From the NCBI GenBank assembly GCA_050084515.1, contig CM114271.1:36580001-36644000 (forward strand): DNA of 64,000 bases, written 5' to 3'. The notes below the pieces were generated by a model. The model made no database searches. It worked only from the letters and a program-made list of their open reading frames with translations, and was not told the origin of the DNA. Source of the DNA: Blasia pusilla (Eukaryota). Shown piece after piece: positions 47,820 through 62,100 of this stretch (position 1 is the stretch's first letter; the number at the start of each line of letters is the position of its first letter). The position numbers and the translations under genes are program-made.

Positions 47820-50800
47820 AACTTTTGGGGCAAGTTGGTGATTTTTCACGTGCAGCTCAAGCATTGGGTCCTCTTTCTCTGGCGGTTCCAAGTGCGGAAA
47901 CAATGGCTCTCTTAGCAGCTCTTCATCCTCCTTCAAGTGGCGATGCTCCACCTTTTGTAGAAGACTATACAACAGACCTTGACTTGGAGGTTTTCACAAG
48001 GGCTTTTTTGCATACTCCTCGCTTATCAGCAAGCGGGCTATCAAGGATGGTTTTTTAGCATCTCCGCTATTGCTTTATCCCAGCAGATTTAACAAGTGGC
48101 TTTGTCTCTCTATATGAGGAGGACAACTCGTGAGCCTCATTCCATTTTTTTGCTCCTTCTATGCCTGTGATACGCCCATTATCTATTCCCATCATGCTAC
48201 TTCTGGGGAATATGGTACTCTACAATCGGCTTGTGGCACACGTCAAGATGATCCCATGGGTGGCCCACTCTTTGCCATTGCCAATTTTCGTGCCCTTCGA
48301 GCATCAGCGCAAGCATTTCCATCTTGTCTTTTCCCTTCTATTGCTGATGACACTCACATTATAGGTCTTCCTTCTGAAGTGGTTCGTGCTTATATCTATT
48401 TCGTAGAGCAACTCTCTTTCTTAAACCTTAAAGTCCAACCTAGTAAATCTGGAGTATGGTCTCCTTTATGCCTTCCCTCAACATTCACCCCACCTACTCC
48501 TGATTTTCCCATCTACATTGAAGGGGTCCTTGGGGTCCCAATTGGCTTCATCGACTATGTCTCAAAGTTCTTGTATGAGGCCCTTTTGAAAGATGTGGAA
48601 TGGCTTTATTTGTTACCTCATCTAGGGGATCCCCAAGTGGCTTATGGGATTCTCTCCCAATTTTTTCTACGATGTCCTTCCTACCTTCTTTGCACTTGTC
48701 CTCCCACTTCAAGGTTCTTACATTGGTTGGCCTCTTTTGACACTTCTATCTTGGCAACTTTTGGTCAACTTCTTGGCCCAAATACCTTTGAGGGAGAGGA
48801 TGGTGTCTTTTTTTCACCACAAGCTATCTTGCCTATTTCTTTTGGAGGGGTGGGACTGTCCATCACAGTCGCAATCTGTGTCATAACCATACGGATTATG
48901 TCGTAGAGTATAGTGTGCTAGTAGAGGCCATACCTTATGTAGGGTCGTAGTGTCTAAGTAGAGATGCGGTTTCATACATAGGGTCGGGGGTTACTTAGTT
49001 GAGGGTGATCTTTCCAGTAGGGCCCGCTCTTAGGTTGGAGGATATAGTGTGGAGTGCACTCAAAGAACAATTAGTTCTTTGAGTTGAGCCTGTTGCGTTG
49101 GGAGTTAGCCTTGGTAGTGAGTAGAGCTCTTGGCTATGGTGGTTCCCGCAAGCTTCGATCTAGATTCTCCCATCGTGGAGTGGGTTTGGCTCAATTTTAT
49201 GTGATTCTATACGTGTTTTATGACGACAAGTCTTTCATAAATTTCACTCAAAGAATTGGAGTAGATCGATGGTAGCTTCGATTGTGGATCAGAAGGATCT
49301 GGTTAGGGCTGATTGTGTACTCAGCCATGGATGTTCGTGGCTTGTGGCCTATGTTGGAGGTAAGAATCTGGTACGTGGTTATTTCAGAAAGAAGCGCTTT
49401 GCTGAGAGCTTTCCAACGCGCTTTAGATGCCGGATTTCGTCAAGGGAGTTGGAAGTTATCAAGGATTGAAGATTCTGGTTCGTATTCAACGGTTTCTTGA
49501 TGTAGAGAGCTTGGAGTGTGTGGAGCATTGTGGATTTTTGCGTGCATGAATCTAGGTGGAAGCACTGTCGGATTTGCGATTTTGGAGGTGTATGGACATC
49601 AAGTTTGTCTGATTTTTAGCTCGGAGTACAGAGCTTGGTTGTAGCTGATTTTTTGTGGAGAGATAGTTATGGTGGTCAATTGAATTTTGGTCAAAATAGA
49701 TTCAATTTTGGTCAAGGATTTGTGGAGTAATTGTTGATCAAAATTTCTCGGACGAGCTCAAGGTCTGGCTATGGTGGACAACAGATCGGAGGGGTTGGTT
49801 GGTTGGTGACTCGTCCGTTGTTGGAGGCTTCGAGGCAACTCGTGGTAGCTCGGGGCGAGTGGGCGTGAGAGGCGGAGTAAGGAGTAAGGAGCAAGGAGCA
49901 AGGAGCAAGCAAGCAAGCTTGCTTGCTTGGGCGTGAGTCAGTTTTTGCAGGATTTGTGATTTGAGTGTTGCATAATTGGTCACCCATCTTTGGGCTATTC
50001 TGCCTGGAAGACGCTTAATTGCTGACTTCTTAACTATGTCACTGTACACACTGGTGTAGCTCATTTGGTGTTGTTTGGAGATGTGTTAGGCGCTTTATGC
50101 ATCTCAGGTTTTTGGTTGATGGACCTCTAGGGCATAGTACGGTCTCCATGCATGTGATATTTTCAGATGTTGCGAGTCCGACTAGCGCGTCATCGACCCG
50201 CGACGGAGTAGCTATTGCGTTAGAATTGTGTGGTGGGTTCTATGGATTTAGGGGGCGCCACGTTTCATGGATTGTGTTACCTTGATTTCCATTTGCGATT
50301 GGAGGGTTGTCGTTGGACTTCCTGTGTTTGGATCCCCTCCATCGTTGCTTCTTGCTTGCGCGCCCATTGTTAGGGTTGACGCAGATTTCCAGAATAGTGT
50401 TACTCATGTGTGCTACCGGTAGTGAGGTTGGAGTGATGACCAGTGGACCGTGGGAGGCTTCTTGTGGTGATGACAGGTTAGGTTGCCTACACCCATAGCT
50501 AGTAGAGCTAGAATAGTACAGCGACATCGACGTCACTTGGTTACTTAGTGGTGGTAATTTGGTGGTGGTGCGGCATCGGCGTTGGTCATCACGGAGCTGT
50601 CTGGTGGTCTGGTTGGCGACCGTGGTGCAGACAGTGATGGTTTTACACGGAGTGGATTGAGGTATCGGTTACCTTATCCACTTCCAACGGTTGATGAAGA
50701 GGAGGACGAGGGTGTTCCAAACACCGAGTCTTCTACGTTGTTATCGAGTGTTGCAGCTCCATTGATTTGGGACATGGACGGGATATATGGGGCCATGAAG

Positions 50801-53800
50801 GGCCCACGATGATACTCGGGTGCAGTGGGCACCATTGAGTTGGAGGACTTCATGCAGGAGTTTGATACACGTGGTGTGATATGCAGATGTTGGGGAACGC
50901 CACGTTGTTTACACCCTTATTGGCTTGGAAGGGGTTGTTTTAGCACTTGGAGGGACCACCCATGGATGATTACCATGAGTTTAGGAAGGACCATGTTGCT
51001 TAGATTGAGGCGTGGAGATAATCTGGTCTCCAGGCTATGTGTCTATCACCCATGGTGGTATTGGTAGTAGTGCTCCTACTATGCCAGCCAGCGCGACGTT
51101 GAGTGGTAGGAGTACGAGCCGGAGTGGGGATACCAGTGGAGGTACCCATGGAAGTACTAGTGGGGGTACTAGTGGAGGTACTAGTGCCCCACCATCATTC
51201 AGCCCGGTTGCAGAGTTCTTCAAGAGGTTGAAGAAGAACTATCAGGGATTGAAGATAGAGAAGTTGAGGAGTCTTCAGGAATTTGAGCGAAAGATTGGTG
51301 AGAGTCTTTGTGAGGCATACACTCGTATGCGACGCTTGATTTCGGTTACCCAGGGTGTGACTGAGGCTCAGGTAGTCCAGTTTTGGTATGGGATCTTGGA
51401 CAGAGAGTTGCGCCATAGGATACGTGATGCTACTCTTATGAATGATGATTCATCCACATTGACCCATGTGTTTGCTCTATCTGAGAAGATTGAGCTTAAC
51501 ATGGTGGAGGAGAGAGTGGTGACATCCGCATTCAGTAGGGATACAACTACTACTTCTCGTGTTCAATAGTCCACCTCAGAGTCTCGTAGTAGTGGTGGTG
51601 GTAGTAGCAGTGGGAGTCGTGGGGGGTACACACGACCTCAGTCAGGTCCTAGAGGGACACTTGTGCAGAGACCATTGCCTTCATTTTCTGCCCCGTAGCA
51701 AGGACAGTCATGTTGGACATGTGGAGGTGATCATGTTAGGAGGTTTTGTCCCCAAGAGGATGGGAGACGGACTTTGGAGGATGGGCCTCAGTCGCCCCCA
51801 ACTCAATGTGATCATTGAGGGAGACCAGGTCATCCTCGAGAGCGTTGCTTTGATCTTCATCTAGAGTTGAGATCAGGCCGCATCCGCGGTGGAGTAGCTC
51901 CGAGAGGCCGAGGAGGTAGACATGGTAGGGGTGGTAGAGGTGGACCAGTGGTTGGAGAGCCTATGGTGGCTACCCCTACCACTACGACAAAGTCAGCTAT
52001 GGCTGCCAGGATTGAGCAGTTGGAGCAGAAGTTGGCTACTATGGTTGGTATCCAACATAGAGCAGATTCGGGAGCAGGGGCTTCCACCTCTTATGGAGGG
52101 AATGATCTCTCTTATATGGCGAGTGCAAAGACAAAAGTTGAGGCATCACCTGCGATTCTGAGAGGAGCCACTCGAGCGTCAGAGCCACGTGGTGCTACTG
52201 TGGAGTTGGACCCACAAAGGGGTGAGGCTGGGAGGCAGGCTAGGCTTCCCCAGTCATTCTTGTTGTCTGAGGTGCTTAGGACTCCATCCATGGTTCCTAC
52301 GCAGCCTATTGAGCCTACAGTGGGGACTGAGGCATCTGCATTGCGTGTAGTAGACACGGATGCAGTATCCAGTGCAGTATTGCGGATGGCAACTTCAGTG
52401 TTGGGATTCCCATTATTTTCAACCACGGAGCTGATGGCTTTAGGAGTTGACTTAGCTTTTGTATTTCAGCTAGCAACCACGTTGTGTGAACGTGGGGGTG
52501 TTACTGCTACACGTGGTGAGGTGGATGAGGGTGTTGCGGTGGAGCGACCCTCTATGTCAGGTGTAGCATTGAGTACCAATGCTACTTGGCAGGAAGCAGC
52601 GGCGAAGATGGATGCATTACCAGCCCGGCCAGCCATTGATCGTGAGAGGCTTACACCTGGTGTATGTATGTTGGACAACCGGAGTGGGATATTCCAATTG
52701 GTGAGTCCTACAGGACAGGTGTATAGACTAGATAGAGTCTAGTGCCCAACCTTTGATGTTGGGAAAGGCGGCATGTATTGGTTTGGGTATTCGGAGGTCA
52801 GAGCTTGAGCCTTGCCCATTCCAGATTCAAACATCACTTGGAGGAGCCAATGATAGGTCTCAATTCATGACACGGGAGAAGTTGTCTGTACACTTGAGAC
52901 CAGATCATGCAACTGATAGCTCACGGTTGGGAGTACCTACAGTGGTCACATCAGCCGAGTCGTATGATGTACTAGTTGGAGGAGCAGTATTATACCCTAT
53001 GGGTTTTCAGATGGACTACTTGATTGAGACAGCGTCTTATAGATCTGGTTGGCACTCCGGGGATGGACGTATGAGCCAGGTTCCTGTGAGATTTACTTAT
53101 GGGGCTCAACCAGGAGGATCTTCCCCAACGGTGTTAGCATCTGTGGCTGGTTTTAGTGGAGTAGTCACTTGGCGAGGAGACTTTTTGGAGGCTAATCTTT
53201 CTGCTATGGATTCTTCTGTGCATGAGGAGGTAGAGGAGGTCCCTATAGTTTTGCAGCAGTGGAATCCTCATCGTTGGATGTGCCACTTTGGAGTTCAGAC
53301 CTTGAGAGGGTTGGTCATGTAGATTTGGTGACTGTTGGATGGCCATGTCAGGGTCATACACGTGCTGGTTGTGGTGAGGGATTACACGACCCTAGGTCTT
53401 GATTGTTTTGGGAGATGTTACGGGTGTTACGACATCTTCAGGTTCATCAGGCATGTGCTCCACCTTACATTCTGGAGAATGTTCCATTGTTGGGTGACAC
53501 TTGTACCCGGATGATGGCGAGTGTTCATGAGGTGCGGTCTTGGATTGGACCAGCAGTGTTGTTGGATGCAACGTGAGTCGGCTCGCGTGCACATCGTCCA
53601 CGCTTGTGGTGGACAAACTTGTTGCCTAGGGAGGTTCTACGTCAAGCATATGATGCAGTGTAGTAAGATCCTTGCCTTACAGTGGATAGTATCTTGGATA
53701 CTGGGCGACTTTCTCATGTGGTGAGGGTTATTGGTCGGTCACCCATGCCAGTGATGAACCATGTGGGCCAGCCTAGGATAGCACTACCCACATTTGTGAG

Positions 53801-56800
53801 TTTTCCCTTGTCACATGCCTACAGGGAAGGTGGTCCCGGGCTTGTATGGGATTCTCATGTGCGACAGTTGATGGAGCCTAACGTTGATGAGAGAGCGCAT
53901 GCGATGGGATTTGCTACTGGTGTGAAAGCGGTTGCTTCCATTTCTGAGGCTTCACGACATCATGTGTTGGGTCAAGCCATGGACCTGAATTGTTTGACTT
54001 GGATTTTGAGTCTTGGTATGGCCGAGCAGCGTCGACTTCAGACTATGTCTGTGGGTCTTCCACCCCTTGTGATGAGCTCGATAGCTACCGGGACAGTAGA
54101 GGCATCGGCTGGGGGCAAGGAAAATAGTATTTTGCATCCTTGGAGTAAATGGGATGTAATGGCTGGGCATGTGGAGTTGGTTGCTCATGGTGTGGAGGAG
54201 TTATTTGCTCAGATGATGGTGTAGCTAAGGGTGTACCATCTTGTGAGGGGGTTGCGTAGCAGCCAATGGCATCGTCCTCTCCCTCTAGTGTGCCAGTGGA
54301 GGAGACTTGGGAGCCATTACTTTGGCCCAAGCTTACGAGAGGTGAGAAACGACGCTTGACACAATTCCTACGTGCTTATAGGAGTTGTTTTGACTTTAGC
54401 ATGAAGGAGTTGGGTGCTTTGGTTGGACCCGGTATACGGATTGATTTGGCTAGTGATGCACCAATCTTCCATCGTCCCTATTGATATAGTGATATGGAGA
54501 GGGACTTGATTCAGAGTAGGACGTTGGAGTTGTCGCATGGAGAGTATGCATCAGCCACTCTCATGCCTACTAAAAAAGATGTGCAAAGCAACTACACAGA
54601 TAGGCGGATGTGTGGAGATTACCGTCCTATCAATCGGTAGACCAAGGCTGATAGGTATGCCATGCCTACACGTGAGGAGATCTTTGATGTGGTGGGACAA
54701 GAAAATATTTTTAGTACTTTGGATCTTCGGGCAGGATACCATCAGTTGCCGATTCGAGATAGTGACAAGGCCAAGACAGCATTTTGGGGTGTCAACTCTC
54801 ATGGCAAGGATTTTTTGTACCAGTGGAAATTCTTACCCTTTGGGTTGAAGAATGCACCTGCCGAGTTTTAGAGAATGATGGACAGGAGAGAGCTTTTGTG
54901 GAACTCAAGGCCCAGTTGGTGATGGCGCCTATCTTGAGGAGACCTATCAGAGGGCACCCATTTCAGTTACACACTGATTGGAGTAGGTTGGGACTTGGAG
55001 CGGTGTTGACACAACATGATGATGAGCACATGGAGTTTGTGGTGGCCTATGCAAGTCGTTCGAATAATACAAATGGAGTCGCTATAGTTCATATGAGGGA
55101 GAGTGCTTGGCAGTAGTGTGGGTTGTGGCACACTTTAGGTGTTACTTGTTTGGCACACAATTTACCCTTGTTACTGATCACCAGCCGCTCAAGTGGTTGA
55201 TGGAGTGTGACAAGCTTACAAGGAAGCTTGCACGGTGGGCTCTTATCTTACAAGAGTATGACTTCCAAGTGGTACATAGACTTGGAGTTGCCAACTTGGA
55301 TGCTGATGGGTTTAGTAGGAACCCATGTACTAGCCAAGAGGATGCAACTGGGGCTAGATGGCATGGCGAGGTTGATGAGGAGATGGTGCCATTTTGGCAT
55401 GCATCCGCCTTTTTATGTTGGTTAGGGATGAACTCTAGTATGGAGGACCACATGACATCTTACTCTAGTCGGAGGGTAGATGGCCAGCCTACAGATCCTA
55501 AGGTTGGAGATGGTGGTACGGATCAACGTGATATTCATGATGATGCGTTGGTGTTGGAGTTCCTACGGACCAGTAGGGTGCCATGCATAGTGAGTGCCAA
55601 GGAGCGAGACCGTTTTCTTCAACGTGCTAAGAGGTATCGATTGGAGGGAACACATATTCTCCGTGTGTGGGAGGATGGTAGAGTACGAGTAGTGCCGCAT
55701 TTGGCTCAGAGAGAGCACATTGTGCGACATGCCCATGAAGAGTTGGGACATTTTGGGATAAAGCGTACGTATAGCTTACTCCTTGGTCAGTATTGGTGGC
55801 GTGGCATGCATACTCAGTGTAGATTGGTATCACATTGTATGGTTTGTGACCGGGTGAGGGCATCATTCAATGCCCCTACACCACAGTTACACCCCTTGCC
55901 TATTATGGGGTTGGGTTACCGTTGGAGTGTGGACTTTGCGGGACCGTTACCGTTGACTGTACGACATCATCGATATGTGTTGGTGATGGTGGAGCACTTC
56001 TCCAAGTGGATTGATTTGGTGGCATTACCTAACAAGGCAAGTAAGGGAATGGCGTATGCGTTTCTTGATAGAGTGCTTAGTCATTTTGGTGCACCAGCTG
56101 AAGTGCTTACCGACAAAGGTATAGAGTTTCAGGGTGAGTTTTAGGTCTTGTGTGACAAGGCATTGATTGATCATCGGACCACGTCTCGAGATCATCTAGA
56201 GGCGGATGGTTTGGCTGAGCATGTGGTTCAGACGGTGAAGAGGGCATTGCGCAAGTATGGCCTACAGAAGGGGCATCTTGGAGACTGGGATATTCAGTTG
56301 CCATGGTTAGCCATGGGGTATAGGTTCAGTCGCCAAGCATCCTTGGCTTCCTTCTCACCTTATTTTCTGTTATACAGCCGAGATCCAGACTTGCTCGCAG
56401 CAATTCGTAGGAAGTCTAGTGAGGTGGTGAACCTTGATGACCCAAAGATGTGGATGAGAGAGTGTTCTCAGCAGAGCTTTCAGAGCTCTTTCGGAGAGTT
56501 ATGCCAACAGCCTTTGAGAATCTTGCCATTGCTCAACACAGGGATACGTTGCGGTATGCAACCATTCGGGGTGGAGGTTATCGACCATCGATTCGTAGGT
56601 TCCATGTGGGGGACTATGTCTATTTGCAGCAGATTGCACCGACAACGTTGGATGTGACGGCAGGCCGTACTATTTTACGAGTGCGAGAGGTGTTAGTTTC
56701 TGGAGTTCTCATGTTGGAGGGTCGTGATGGAGTTGTTTGGAAGGACCATGTGCATAATTGTGCGCCATGTCATCTTCCAAATATAGATGGTACTATTGAC

Positions 56801-58824
56801 CCAAGGTTAGCCATGATACGTGCTAGCTTGAGGTGCATGTTGTGTGGGTCTGCTGGTAACGCAGCCCGTCTGTTGGTGTGTGATCCGTGTTCTAGGGGTT
56901 GGCACATGATGTGTTTGACTCCACGTATGTATGTTGTTCCTACTGGAAGGTGGGTTTGTCCTCGATGTACTTAGGAGAGGTAGATGACTTGATCTTTGCA
57001 TGATATGGATTACAGATGTGCGACTAACGATTGGGCAACCTAGCACCCGGCCTTTTGATATACCACGTAGGTGTATAGCATGTAGTAGATGTATAGGGCT
57101 ACCTGGGAGTTAGAGAGACCTAACCGCCAGTTAGGGGGGCAAGTTGTGGTACACTTGTGTTTGTGTATGCTCTCGTCTATGTTATGTATGTATGTGAGTA
57201 TGATATGTCAGCGATGTATGTTGTATGACGATGTGGATTTGCACGACAGTTGTCATGACCATACGAATTATGTCGTAGAGTATAGTGCTAGTAGAGGCCA
57301 TACCTTATGTAGGGCCATAGTGTCTAGGTAGAGATGCAGTTTCATACATAGGGTTGGGGGTTACTTAGTTGAGGGTGACTTTTCCAGTAGGGCCCGCTCT
57401 TAGGTTGGAGGATATAGTGTGGAGTGCACTCAAAGAAGAGTTAGTTCTTTGAGTTGAGCCTGTTGCGTTGGGAGTTAGCCTTGGTAGTGAGCAAAGCTCT
57501 TGGCTATGGTGGTTCCCACAAGCTTCGACCTGGATTCTCCCATCGTGGAGTGGGTTTGGCTCGATTGTATGTGATTCTATACGTGCTTTATGACAGTAGG
57601 TCTTTCACAAATTTCAGTTGTGGTACACTTGTGTTTGTGTATGCTCTCGTCTATGTTATGTATGTATGTGAGTATGGTATGTCAGCGATGTATGTTGTAT
57701 GACGATGTGAGTATAGGTTTCTCCAAGGAGATACAACTATCTTGATGGATCATATCGCCCATGTAGAGGAGGGACACTTGTTATTTCAACAACAACTGAG
57801 ATCTGCACGAGCTCTTCTTCCTCTTGCTACATAAGCAATTCTACCCCCTTTCAAACAACTAATTACAAAAGGGCTTGATCGACTTCAAGAGCATATCTCC
57901 GAGAATCTGCATCAAATCAACTTTTCCAGCATTCTCTCCGAGGCATCCTCTGACGCTAATGGAGCTCGTCTACGTTCATGTGTGGGTACCAAAGTGGGGG
58001 CGTGGCTTACTGCAAATCCTCTTATTCTTCCATTTTGTCTTCCTCAAAGTATATTCTCGACAGCTTTGCGGTTACGTCTTGGACTTCCCCATCCTTCTCT
58101 CTTATGTGTCATTAGAGAGGCGGTAGCATCGGCGGCTCGTACTGCATGATACATCGTTGGGCAAGAGCAACTCCATGTCCTACCTTCAACCACACAAGCA
58201 ACCTCTCGTCGGAGAGGGGATCTTGTTATGTCTCGAGGTGGATTCCGAACACTACGTGATGTGGTGGTTTTTGATCCAACACGTTCTGACTTGGTGTGTC
58301 GAGCCGCACATACCAAAATTTGGCAGTCGAAGTTGCAGCAAGAATCAAGGAGTTAAGTTATGTTGTGAGACATGCGACTGATGGATTTATTCCTTTTGCA
58401 GTGGAAGTATTGGGTCATTTACATGTGTCTTTTGATACTTTCCTGAAAGCATGTGCTCACCACTCCCTCAAGAATCATCACCTTCCCCCTTCTCGTAGTC
58501 CTTCTCTCTGGCTAGTTACTACTTATTTTCGGCAATGCATCTTAGTGGCCTTACAACGTGCACAAGCCTTGGCATTGATACGTGGTGCGGAGGTGGTGGG
58601 GGATCGCTCGCCTCGTCGTCTATTCACGTCTGACCAACCACTCTTGTTATTGTCAGATTTGTTTCAGGCTATCAATCGTGTAACTCGTTGAGCCGATGTT
58701 TGCGTTGGCTTGTTGCCATTTTCTTTTTGCATTCTTTTATGCATTTTTTGACTCCTCTTTTGAGTTGTTATTTCCTTTCTTTGTCCTATTTTGAGATTTA
58801 CTTTACAATAAAGTGGATATATAT
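47820..58824 (+). mobile_element. 5'-truncated CRE-like non-LTR retrotransposon (RT plus restriction-like endonuclease), split by DNMT-Gypsy copy 2 into 47820-48878 and 57710-58824
   Basis: RT GTRQDDPMGGPLF, SIADDTHI, VLGVPIG, LPISFGGVGL. C-terminus GAWLTANP, ALRLRLGLP, RRGDL...DVVV, FIPFAVEVLG, VALQRAQA. AATAAA at 58807 and a short (TA)n tail. Flanked by a 77-bp duplication. Confidence 0.82.
48879..57709 (+). mobile_element. DNMT-Gypsy copy 2 (same subfamily as copy 1), split direct repeats, internal deletions
   Basis: A1 48879-49246, PPT 57133-57142, B1 57145-57248, A2 57251-57616, B2 57619-57709 (last ~13 bp lost, so no TSD is visible). Deletions of about 400 bp remove DNMT motifs I-III (about 53297) and the RT YIDD region (about 54883). 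PHD intact. Confidence 0.92.
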
Positions 58825-59199
58825 TCTTGTTTTATCTTTTTCAACTAGTGATCTAATTATCTATGTTTCAAACTTACTAGTAGTAATCCATGGGATGCAC
58901 GATGGGTAATTCAAATTTATCCATTATTATATTAATTGACCCATTTCGATCTAGACCTCAAATTTAACTGACTCCATAATTGATTATAAATTTATTGAAA
59001 ACACTCATGGAGATATGATTGGTGGCTAAAATGTCGAATAGAAAGTTGGTTTGAAAGTCAAAAAGGAACTCTCTCATACAGATATAGATTTTCGCTCGCA
59101 TGTAAATATTCCTGAACGAGAAAGTCTCATATATACACGGTTCCAATTCCTTTTCCCAAAGTAAAATTCAACGAAACGGTGTGAGCACGTATTGAAATT

Positions 59200-62100
59200 T
59201 CGAGTAGCTATGATAGACATGTTGATCAATCAAATAATTTTTTAATAGTTTCTTGGTGTGTCGGAGTTTCGTTTTCCTCTGCAGGCACCATGGCCCCAGC
59301 CCGTCTTCCTCCTCTCTTCCGGCGCGCAAATGGCGATCGTCACTGCAGCGGACTCCCTGCGGCGCGAAGACAGATGATGTTCAAACGCGATCGAGATTTG
59401 CGGGTAACGGACGGACTCAACTCAATGCCTTGGCAAATTCTCTGTTCGACGGGAACACCGGAAATACAGTACAAGAGGAGGGAACTGACCGCCGTGTGGT
59501 GGTGGCGCGGTCACAGCGGTGCAGGTGGCGGGTGGCGGGTGCTCAAGCGGTCTCAGATTGCAGCCGCACAAAGCTGGCAGGACTCAGGAGTGTAGGTTCT
59601 GGTAGCTGTAGGTTGGTCAGCTGACATCTCCGAAGACCAAGGAGGACTTTCATTTTCATTTTCATTTTATTTTTTTATTTTTTTTTTAAATTTTAATGCA
59701 TTCGGTGTATCTATTGTACTTGCTCGACGTATGGTCTCTGGACACGAAGTAGCGCGCGCGAGCCCACGCGTCTGCCAGTCGAGCGCCGTAGTTCCATCGC
59801 ACAACCGAAACACTTGTTTCGGTTGCGAATTCCTGTCCACGACGCTAGGCCGGGGCCGAGGCAGCCGTGGGTCCGGATCCAGCCGAGGGAAGGGGCGGGC
59901 AGACGCTGGAGGTCCCGCGGGGCTGCCCGCTGCTCTCCCTATCCCAGATCTGAAATCCCCCGGAACGCCACAAAGAAGGAGTGAATATTGTTCAGCTAAG
60001 GTTTGCTTTTCGGCACTTTCTCGCGCATTTAGGCTAGGAAGGGGCGGCCTGTGGTCGGCCCGGCCGTCGTCGTCGCTCGATCCACCAGGAAACGGTGGGC
60101 CCCGGCACCACAAAGTGCCCTCCCGCCCTATACTCCCGCACACGCGTACGTCCTGTGTGCACGATCTCATTCCGGACGCGAAGAAGCAAAACGGTGCGCC
60201 ATACGCTAGATGCTTATGCGGGAAACGACGGATTAGCCGAAAGAGGTACTGGCAGAGAGGATTTAACGCGAGGCGACAGAGGGTCGACAGAATAATGGGC
60301 GAACAGCATAGTCTAAGTCAATTTTCAATTCGAGGGAGCAACAGAAGAAAGCAAGAAAGGACGTCGTAGATGAGTGGGGCCCGTGTAGCCAGACGTCAGA
60401 AGGACCAAGGCTTTCGTTTCTTTTCTTTTCTTTTCCTTTTCTTCCGGAACTTCGCAAGGCACAAACCATTACAGTTACAGCGGCAGGCGCAGGATAACAG
60501 CGCGCCATCGCCGGCCGGTTAGCTGTTACTGTCACGTGCACGCTTCGCTTCCTTCTTCTTCCTTTCCTTCCTTCGTTCCGCCTTTCCCTCGTCCAACTTT
60601 TTCCCACAACCCTTCCTCTGCTTCTACCTCCGGGACTAGAGGAGAAAATTCAAAAGTAGCCAACGCATACCAAACAAGTGTCACGACTATGCGCCTCTTG
60701 TTCGGCGCGCAGGTCGGCTCAGTTGGCCTGGGCCCTGACGTGTCGGCTTTAGGAGCTCCTGAGTCCTGACTTGCAGTCCCGGGACCCGGCCGGATTCGGT
60801 CTTTAACTCGGCCGGGCAGGCCTTGTTTACTGAGACTCGGCGAATGGGTGCGCTAGAGTCGCTTCAATGCACATGGAATTTTATGCTGCAAAGTGCGAGA
60901 CGCGAACATCCGTCTCCCGGTTGCTTTATCGAGTCGTTCAGTGATTCTGCCAGCCGGCCGGCCGGCCGGCCGGCGATTGAGCTTGGTTGCTCGTTTGCTT
61001 GGCAATGCTTGCTTGCATCATCCATGATCCAGACGGACGCCCCACTACAACCGGGCAACTCCAGCTTCAAACCGAGCGTCTTGCCGTCTTGGACGTGCAT
61101 GCCGAGCGGCCCTATGGTACCGTGCTTACTGTATTCCTCGTTCGACCCGACATGGACAACGGTTTTTCTATCCCTCTCTGGCTTTCGTCTCCATTCTCCA
61201 CACTACGCTCTGAGCATCTTCCTCACTCTACTCTACGTTCGGTCCATGTCCGTCTCGATGCGCCCACATGATATCGATCGATGCATTTGGGAATGGTCTG
61301 ACATACTCCGCTGGACTCGAGCTGTAGTAATCAAGGCCTGCCAGAACGAACTCTACTGGCTAATTGGAGGATGTACCATGGACGGATGGGGCTCGATCTC
61401 CTTGGCGTGAGCTCTGACCAGATAGGTCAAGTCTTCGTTCATGTGGAGGTAGATCCCCAGAGTCCCAGGAACGGTAGCCGGATTTGATCAAGCTTTCCCG
61501 ATTTCTTGCGACTCGGTCAGCCCGACTTCGATGGATGGGGCTCGGTGATCCTCTCTCTCCGTGGCCTCTGACCAGAAAGGTTAAGTTGCCTTTCAAGTGG
61601 AGGTAGAAACCAAAAGTCCAAGCAAGGATAGACCGATTCGATGCAGCTTTCCCGATCGATCGATTTCTCTGGAGTTAGTCTTCCCCAACTTGGATGGGTG
61701 CCGTTGGATGGTTGATGAGTGAGAGTCGTCGGTCTGCTCAGTAGTGGAAAGCACGGGAAAAAAGTGCAGATGGACGAGAATACTGCGCTTCGGAGGTCAG
61801 ACTGCGCTCCAGATGGGGTTTCTTTCGTGCCTCCCCGTTGTCTTCGCCAGGAACAAACATACGCGAGGCTGAGGACTTTTCTTGCCTCATTCGACCAGTT
61901 TAGTCGAAGTCAATCGGTGAAGGGTCTGGATCTCTGGAAGGAGATTCACAATCGCCCCTAACCATCTTGAACAATCGGTTAACGGCGCCTGGGATTGAGA
62001 AAGGTCAGGTTTCGAAAGCAAACTTTATGCTTAATCAGACCCATTGCCAGATTAGCTGATCTGTCGAGAATGTCACTCTCGTATGGACCTCACAAAAGTC

